A model generated the notes under the pieces. That model was not told where the DNA came from. It worked only from the letters and a program-made list of their open reading frames with translations, and made no database searches. This document shows positions 11,710-16,948 of a DNA stretch of 16,948 nt, piece after piece. Numbering within the stretch: position 1 is the first letter of the stretch; each line of letters opens with the position of its first letter. Origin of the DNA: a virus; the IMG/VR virus record IMGVR_UViG_3300045988_115596; one strand, written 5' to 3'. Both the position numbers and the translations under genes were made by a program.

Positions 11710-13330
11710 CGAAAGGCTTATGGAGGCGCGCACGCTCAACGTCACCGGCCTACGCTTGCGCGACACCAACGACACCGGCGACGGCATGACCTTGGAGGGC
11801 GTGGCCGTGCCCTTCAATCAGCGATATGCGCTGTTCAGTGATTACGCCGAGGTGATAGACCCCGATTGCGACTTCGGCACCCGCAAGACCGTGAAGGTGA
11901 GCCGCGAGCATGGCGACCTTATCGGCAAGCTGACCGACATGCGCAGCGAAGCGGACGGCTTGCACGTCGTGGCGAAGCTGGCCGACACCGAAAGCGGGCG
12001 CGAGGCCGCCGAACTGGTTCGTGAAGGCGTCTACGACGGCTTCAGCATCGGCTTCAGGCCGGTGGAAAACAGGGTTATCGACTCGGACGACGGCGTTACC
12101 GAGGTACACCGCCGCAAAGTGGACCTGTTCGAGGTTGCCGTTACTGGCATCCCCGCGTATCCGGCCGCCGAGATCACCAGCCAACGCTCACAAACCACAA
12201 CCACCAACAATGAAAGTGAGGCACCCAGTATGGGCAACGACAACGAACAGCGCGACGTGAACGAACGCTTGGAGGCGTTCGGGGAGGAACTGCGAGGCAT
12301 CAAGGCCACCGTGGCCGCCGGCATCCAGACCACCCCGCCGGCCGAGCTGGGCGGCGAGTTCCGCACCGCCGGCGACTATCTCAAGGCGCTGAGCGACGAA
12401 CGCGACGCCAACCACGCGGCCGCCATCGACCTTATGCGCCAGACCCGCGACGCCATCGTTACCGGCGACACCGGCAACACCGTGGCATGGATTGCCGATG
12501 ACTTGCGCCTGATCGAACAGCGCCGCAAGGTGACGAACATCCTCACCCGCGACACGCTGCCGGCCACCGGTATGAGCATGGAATACAACGTGGTCTCCGA
12601 GGACACCATGGCCGTGGACAAGCAGACCGCCGAGGGCGCGGCCCTGACCTTCGGCAAGGTGAAGTTCGGCACCAAGACCGCCGACATCAACACTTATGGC
12701 GGCTACACCACGCTTTCGCGCCAGACCATCGAGCGCAGCACCACCCCCATGCTCAACACGGCGCTGAAGGCCCTGAACAACGCCTACGCGAAGTCCACCG
12801 AAAACGCCGTGCGCACCTACCTGTACGACCTCATCAAGTCCCAGCGCGACGCGACCGACAACCCGAACAACATCACGGCCCCGGCCGCTTTGAACGACAT
12901 GACGACAGACCAGTGGGCCGGCCTTATCCTTGACGCCGCCGAGGTGATGGACGATAGGAACGCGGCCATGACCCGTCTGGGCGTTTCCAAGGACGTGGCG
13001 CTGGCCCTTATCAAGCTCAAGGACTCGGGCAGCCGGTTCATGGACATTTCCGGCAAGGGCGGCGACACCATCGGCGCTTTCGACGTCACCGGCGTGGTGG
13101 GCGACCTCATGCGCGTGCCGGTGTACTTGCTGCCGAAGGCCCCGACCGGCACCGCCGCGTTCATCGACCCGACCGCCGTCACCGTGTGGGAGAGCGGCGG
13201 TCCCACCCAGCTTTCCAACACCGACCCCGTGAACATCGTGGACAACTATTCTGTGTACGGGTACATGGCCGTGGCCGCGACCTTCACCGACGGCCTGTTG
13301 CCTGTCAAGTTCACTGCCACCGGGATGTGA
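11693..13330 (+). CDS. Prohead (capsid maturation) protease fused in frame to HK97-fold major capsid protein, 545 aa
   Basis: GGAGG (11680-11684) lies 8 nt before ATG 11693. The N-terminal ~165 aa is HK97-type S78 protease-like (EGVAVPFN..., REHGDLIGKL, GFSIGFRPV, LFEVAVTGIPAYPAAEI). A TTTTNNESEAPS linker follows, then a delta-like coiled segment (NERLEAFGEELRGIKA) and a Phage_capsid-like body through 13330. Confidence 0.85.
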   Translation: MSNEHDERLMEARTLNVTGLRLRDTNDTGDGMTLEGVAVPFNQRYALFSDYAEVIDPDCDFGTRKTVKVSREHGDLIGKLTDMRSEADGLHVVAKLADTESGREAAELVREGVYDGFSIGFRPVENRVIDSDDGVTEVHRRKVDLFEVAVTGIPAYPAAEITSQRSQTTTTNNESEAPSMGNDNEQRDVNERLEAFGEELRGIKATVAAGIQTTPPAELGGEFRTAGDYLKALSDERDANHAAAIDLMRQTRDAIVTGDTGNTVAWIADDLRLIEQRRKVTNILTRDTLPATGMSMEYNVVSEDTMAVDKQTAEGAALTFGKVKFGTKTADINTYGGYTTLSRQTIERSTTPMLNTALKALNNAYAKSTENAVRTYLYDLIKSQRDATDNPNNITAPAALNDMTTDQWAGLILDAAEVMDDRNAAMTRLGVSKDVALALIKLKDSGSRFMDISGKGGDTIGAFDVTGVVGDLMRVPVYLLPKAPTGTAAFIDPTAVTVWESGGPTQLSNTDPVNIVDNYSVYGYMAVAATFTDGLLPVKFTATGM

Positions 13331-13332
13331 CC

Positions 13333-13659
13333 ATGGAAGACGAACAGTTGTTGGCACAGCTGCGCAACGAAGTGAGCGTGCCAAGCGGTGACGATGAACG
13401 ACTAACCGCGAAGCTGGCCGCCGCCAAGGCGTATGTGGCAAGCGCCGTGGGCACGGCGTCCATCAAGGACGAAGTGCTGGCCGATTGCATCGTGAGTTGT
13501 GCTGCGGACCTGTACAACAGCCGCGACGCCCGGCTGGGCGTCATGAGCGTGGGCGACGGCACGCTGGAACCGTTCAGGGTCAGCAGCGACCCGTTGCGCT
13601 CGGTGTGGCCGAAACTCAACGCGGCCGGCATCCTGACCGGGAGCGTGGTGATCGCATGA
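13333..13659 (+). CDS. Head-tail connector (gp6-like), 108 aa
   Basis: ATG 13333 lies 2 nt after the capsid stop, and the track extension from 13186 is out-of-context Arg/His-rich. MEDEQLLAQLRNEV...DDERLTAKLAAAKAYVASAVG is a typical gp6-like connector N-terminus. Confidence 0.75.
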   Translation: MEDEQLLAQLRNEVSVPSGDDERLTAKLAAAKAYVASAVGTASIKDEVLADCIVSCAADLYNSRDARLGVMSVGDGTLEPFRVSSDPLRSVWPKLNAAGILTGSVVIA

Positions 13660-14027
13660 GCAGCCAAGTAACACGAGAGCGCGAAGCCCTCATGGACATG
13701 CTGACGGACGCCATGGGAGACCTCGCTTGCGTCGTCACCATCGACGCGCAGGACGCCCGCCCGTTGCCAGGAAAAATAGCGGTGCTGATAGACCCGCCGG
13801 AACTCACGTTCGAGGGCTGGCATATGCAAACCATCACTTGGACGGTGAACCTCATAGCCGGCACCATGGCCACGCAGACGCTCGCCTTGGACCTATTGAC
13901 TGACGGCGTGCAACGCTTGCACGACCGCCAAGTGAACTTGCGGGACGCGAAACCAAGCACGTTCAACCTGACCGGAGTGGGCAGCCTGGCCGCCTACACC
14001 ATAACCCTCAACCCATTGGATTCATAG
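13656..14027 (+). CDS. Head-tail joining or tail terminator candidate, 123 aa
   Basis: ATGA-coupled at 13656, and the track extension from 13485 is Arg-rich junk. It lies between the connector and major tail genes. The function is positional only. Confidence 0.6.
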   Translation: MSSQVTREREALMDMLTDAMGDLACVVTIDAQDARPLPGKIAVLIDPPELTFEGWHMQTITWTVNLIAGTMATQTLALDLLTDGVQRLHDRQVNLRDAKPSTFNLTGVGSLAAYTITLNPLDS

Positions 14028-14040
14028 AAAGGACACAATC

Positions 14041-14457
14041 ATGGCGACAAGAACCCTTGGACCGGGCAAGCTCACCATCACCGACACCGACAAAGGGCGC
14101 GACTTCAGCGCCGAAGTCACCAAGGTGCAGTTGGTGGCGTCGAACAACACCGACGACCCAATCAATTTCCTTGACGGCTCGCAGGACACCAGCTCAAGCA
14201 CCGATTGGACGCTTGAGGGAACCATCGTTGACAACTTCGACACGGACAACCTCGCCAACTGGTGCTTCGACCATTCCGGCCAGACGCTGCCGTTCGAGTG
14301 GGTGCCGAACAACAAGGGGGCGACCAAGTGGAACGGTAAGGTGAACATCTCGCCCGTGAGCATCGGCGGCGACGTGAAATCAAAGAACAGCAACGACTTC
14401 AGTTTCCCCGCGACCGAACTCGCGCACTCCGCCTACACGCCGTCCTCCGAGGTCTGA
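14041..14457 (+). CDS. Major tail (tube) protein, 138 aa
   Basis: AAAGGA lies upstream of the ATG. The protein is small and beta-rich (GPGKLTITDTDKGRDFSAEVTKVQL...WNGKVNISPVSIGGDV). It sits upstream of the chaperone/TMP block. Confidence 0.7.
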   Translation: MATRTLGPGKLTITDTDKGRDFSAEVTKVQLVASNNTDDPINFLDGSQDTSSSTDWTLEGTIVDNFDTDNLANWCFDHSGQTLPFEWVPNNKGATKWNGKVNISPVSIGGDVKSKNSNDFSFPATELAHSAYTPSSEV

Positions 14458-14458
14458 A

Positions 14459-14842
14459 ATGGCAGCCAAAGCCGCATACGTGGTGGGGCAAAAACGTTTC
14501 GTTCAGACCATGCGCAAAGCAGGCGCGGACATGAAGGAGCTGAAGGACGTGAACCGGCAGGCCGCGGACATCGCGTTGCCGGCCGTCCGGCAGCTCGCGC
14601 CGCGCGGCGAGTCGGGCAGGCTCGCCGGATCCATTCGCGTGGGCGCGACACAGAAGGCCGGCGTCATCCGTGCCGGCCGCAAGTCCGCGCCCTACGCGGG
14701 AGTCATCAACTACGGGTGGCCGAAAAGGGGCATCAAACCCCGCCTGTTCGTCAACCAGGGCGTGGCCGGCACCGAGGGCGCGTGGCGGCGCGTCTACAAG
14801 CAGTTCATCGACAAAACCATGAGCAAGGTAAAAGGAGCTTAG
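14459..14842 (+). CDS. HK97 gp10-like head-tail joining protein, 127 aa
   Basis: LPAVRQLAPRGESGRLAGSIRV...APYAGVINYGWPKRGIKPRLFV matches the gp10-family pattern (P..tG.L..si ... YA..v..G). It starts 1 nt after the previous stop. Confidence 0.7.
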   Translation: MAAKAAYVVGQKRFVQTMRKAGADMKELKDVNRQAADIALPAVRQLAPRGESGRLAGSIRVGATQKAGVIRAGRKSAPYAGVINYGWPKRGIKPRLFVNQGVAGTEGAWRRVYKQFIDKTMSKVKGA

Positions 14843-14845
14843 ATC

Positions 14846-15118
14846 ATGAAGACCATCAGGATTACCCACACCGGCGGCGAAACACATGAAGCGCCGTTGA
14901 CGCCGCGCGTGATTTGCGCGGCCGAGGAACACGCGCAGGTGAAGAAATGGGCGACCGGGGACGCAAGCCGCATCCGCCAGGCGTATTACATGGCCTATCT
15001 CGCCGAGAAGTTCGCCAAGCTCACCACACTTGACTTTGACGCATGGCTTGACGGAGTGGACGTGGACGGCGTGGAAATCACGGCGGCGGAGGCCGACGCG
15101 GGAAAACCTACGGCCTGA
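14846..15118 (+). CDS. Tail assembly chaperone (gpG-like), 90 aa
   Basis: AAGGAG lies upstream. It immediately precedes the tape measure gene and contains a canonical slippery heptamer near its 3' end. Confidence 0.8.
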   Translation: MKTIRITHTGGETHEAPLTPRVICAAEEHAQVKKWATGDASRIRQAYYMAYLAEKFAKLTTLDFDAWLDGVDVDGVEITAAEADAGKPTA

Positions 15119-15288
15119 CCCCGTGGCCCGAAGACTCTCTCGGCTATCTGTCCTGTCTGCTCGCCCGATATTTCGGCGGCACGCCGTGGGAGTGGCGGGA
15201 AAGGGCCAATTGGATGGATTGGGCCACGGCTGTGGAAATCATGCAGGACGAGGCCGAGAAGATGGAGGAGGTGACGCATGACTCATAG
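14846..15288 (+). CDS. Tail assembly chaperone G-T-like fusion made by -1 programmed frameshift (about 147 aa)
   Basis: After the slip at G_GGA_AAA (15100-15106), the -1 frame is open to TAG 15286-15288. It reads ...[62 protein letters not shown] and overlaps the TMP start. Confidence 0.7.
15100..15106 (+). promoter_or_regulatory. -1 ribosomal frameshift slippery heptamer G_GGA_AAA
   Basis: It matches the X_XXY_YYZ pattern in the zero frame of the gpG-like ORF, 10 nt before its stop. It is close to the lambda G/GT site G_GGA_AAG. Confidence 0.7.
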
Positions 15289-16948
15289 CGCGATAATGTC
15301 CGTGAGAATCACGGGCAACAGCGACGACGCCGTGAAGGCGTTCCAGAAGGCCACCACGAAGGCGGCGGCGTTCGGTTCGTTCATGGGCGGCGCTGCCCTC
15401 AAGGGCGTTACCGCCCTATGGGACAAGGTAAGTTCGTTCGGCAGCGCCGTGATGGACATGAGCGACAGCACGGACAAGTTCGTTTCGACGATGAACTTCG
15501 CCGGCATCGACACCGCCAACGTCGAAAAGGCAAGCAAGGCGGCGCGCGACTACGCGGACCGCACAGTGTATGATCTGTCCACCATCCAGAACACCACGGC
15601 GCAGCTCGCCGCGAACGGCATCAAGGACTACACCGGCCTTACAGAGGCCGCCGGCAACCTGAACGCCGTGGCCGGCGGCAACGCCGACACCTTCGGCTCC
15701 GTGGCCATGGTGCTCACCCAGACGGCCGGCGCGGGCAAGTTGACGACGGAGAACTGGAACCAGTTGGCCGACGCCATCCCCGGCGCGTCCGGCAAGCTCC
15801 AGGAAGCCATGAAGGCCAACGGCGCGTACACGGGCAATTTCAGGGACGCGATGGAGAAAGGCGAGATCAGCGCCGACGAGTTCAACCAGGCGATTATGCA
15901 GCTCGGCATGAGCGACGTCGCCAAGGAAGCCGCAAGCAGCACCAAGACCATGGAAGGCGCTTTGGGCAACTTGGAGGCCGCGATCACCGGCGGGCTGACG
16001 GACGCGTTCAACCTCATAAAGCCAGCGGTCACGGGCGCGTTGACCGAAGCCGGAGACCGTATCAGCCAGTTCAGCCAAACCGCCACCAACGGTTTGAAGT
16101 CGTTCATCCAGGGCGTGAGCGACACGGGCGCGTTCCAATCGCTCTCAGGCATGGTGTCAGGCATCGGCGGCGCGTTGTCCTCGTTGGGCGGCGCGTTCTC
16201 GAGCATCGCCGCGACGATAGCGCCGGGCTTGCAAGGCCTGTCCGACGCGGGCGGCATCGGGACGGCCGTGGGCGAGGCGTTCACCGGCGCGGCCGGGATC
16301 ATCCAGGCGTTGGCGGACAAACTCACCCAGTTTGGCGATTGGGTCAGCGCGAACGCGGAACCCATCAGCGGCGCTCTTGTGGCCATCGGCGGCGGTTTCG
16401 CCGCGTTCAAGGTGGCAAGCGTCATCAGCGCCGTGGTATCCGCGTTGCAGGGCTTCAGCCTGGCGTCCACCGCCGCGTCAATCGGACAATGGGCGTTGAA
16501 CGCGGCCATGAACGCCAACCCGATAATGATCGTGGTCACGGCCATTGGCGCGCTGGTGGCGGCGTTGGTGTGGTTCTTCACTCAGACCGAGACGGGCCGG
16601 CAGATTTGGAGCCAGTTCACCGCGTTTCTGGGCAATTGCGTGAACAGCATCATCGCGTTCTTCCAGTCGTTGCCGGGCCGTATCGGCGCGTTCTTCCAAA
16701 ACGCAGCCGACGGCGCAAGGAACACGTGGAACAGCGTCGTGGATTGGTTCAGGGGATTGCCGGGCCGTATCCTCAACGCTCTGGGTGACGTCGGTTCCAT
16801 CCTTGTGAACGCCGGTTCGAGCATCATTGACGGTTTTCTCTCAGGTCTCAAGGGCGCTTGGGGCAAAGTGACGGGTTTCATCGGCGGCATAGGCGACTGG
16901 ATAGCCGAACATAAGGGACCTATCAGCTACGACCGCAAGTTGTTGATA
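15278..16948 (+). CDS. Tape measure protein, N-terminal 557 codons (open at the window end; continues at 76-342 for about 645 aa in total)
   Basis: GGAGGAGG lies upstream of ATG 15278. The TMP core reads [26 protein letters not shown]...[39 protein letters not shown]. It has Ala/Gly-rich repeats and hydrophobic segments ([20 protein letters not shown]). I read no stop through 16948. Confidence 0.88.
   Translation, partial: MTHSAIMSVRITGNSDDAVKAFQKATTKAAAFGSFMGGAALKGVTALWDKVSSFGSAVMDMSDSTDKFVSTMNFAGIDTANVEKASKAARDYADRTVYDLSTIQNTTAQLAANGIKDYTGLTEAAGNLNAVAGGNADTFGSVAMVLTQTAGAGKLTTENWNQLADAIPGASGKLQEAMKANGAYTGNFRDAMEKGEISADEFNQAIMQLGMSDVAKEAASSTKTMEGALGNLEAAITGGLTDAFNLIKPAVTGALTEAGDRISQFSQTATNGLKSFIQGVSDTGAFQSLSGMVSGIGGALSSLGGAFSSIAATIAPGLQGLSDAGGIGTAVGEAFTGAAGIIQALADKLTQFGDWVSANAEPISGALVAIGGGFAAFKVASVISAVVSALQGFSLASTAASIGQWALNAAMNANPIMIVVTAIGALVAALVWFFTQTETGRQIWSQFTAFLGNCVNSIIAFFQSLPGRIGAFFQNAADGARNTWNSVVDWFRGLPGRILNALGDVGSILVNAGSSIIDGFLSGLKGAWGKVTGFIGGIGDWIAEHKGPISYDRKLLI
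16874..16948 (+). repeat. 75-bp terminal duplication of window bases 1-75 (circular-contig overlap)
   Basis: ggtttcatcggcggcataggcgactgg...cgcaagttgttgata is identical at both ends. It lies inside, and in frame with, the TMP coding sequence. Confidence 0.95.

Larger units (their letters stand above)
1..16948. mobile_element. Complete circularly permuted genome of a very small temperate siphovirus-like phage (16,873-bp unit plus 75-bp overlap)
   Basis: 1-75 is identical to 16874-16948, and the tape-measure reading frame is continuous across that junction. The window contains packaging, head, tail, lysis, integrase, attP, repressor/cro and xis modules. Confidence 0.85.

Noticed and set aside
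12188-13441. Long minus-strand ORFs (417 aa here; also 15628-16581, 15416-16138, 1245-1937, 9104-9763 and 9532-10110)
   Set aside because: They are antisense shadows of well-supported plus-strand structural genes in GC-rich DNA. Their translations are Gly/Arg/His/Val-rich, low in complexity, and lack SD sequences or recognisable motifs.
15030-15281. Track ORF 15030-15281 as the gpT-like frameshift extension
   Set aside because: It is in the +1 frame relative to the gpG-like gene and encodes Arg/Gly-rich noise. The -1 frame, reached from the G_GGA_AAA heptamer, is open and protein-like.
16874-16948. The 75-bp identical ends as biological direct terminal repeats or an LTR-like element
   Set aside because: The repeat lies inside, and in frame with, the tape-measure coding sequence. 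Joining the ends restores one continuous 645-codon ORF. This is the signature of a circularised contig or permuted window. The expected physical ends (cos) are near 8600-8700.

Overview
The window is one complete, circularly permuted copy of a miniature temperate siphovirus-type phage. Bases 1-75 are identical to 16874-16948, so the unit length is 16,873 bp. The host is probably a high-GC Gram-positive (Actinomycetota); a Bifidobacterium-like host is a guess from GC content, AAGGAG ribosome-binding sites and the tRNA-Met-type att site.

One long plus-strand late operon runs terS, terL, portal, an in-frame prohead-protease/major-capsid fusion, connector, major tail, an HK97-gp10-like protein and G/G-T chaperones with a G_GGA_AAA -1 slip site. 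It continues with the tape measure (split by the window ends), two distal tail genes (one with an SGNH esterase domain) and a lysis cassette of membrane protein, Amidase_2 endolysin and 2-TM holin.

The rest is a compact lysogeny and early region. It holds a small tyrosine integrase and an XRE repressor on the minus strand. On the plus strand are a divergent Cro-like gene, several small accessory ORFs, about 390 bp of structured GC-rich non-coding DNA ending in five DnaA-box-like 9-mers, a 113-aa basic protein, an Xis-type HTH and an HNH endonuclease.

No replication gene is recognisable.

The main finding is that attP, a 35-nt tRNA-Met-like 3' end with its own terminator, lies inside the repressor ORF. 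The viral-form repressor ends in an ssrA-like ...LSLAA tail that integration should remove. This is the architecture of integration-dependent immunity.

All calls come from reading the sequence and the ORF translations. No database search was run.
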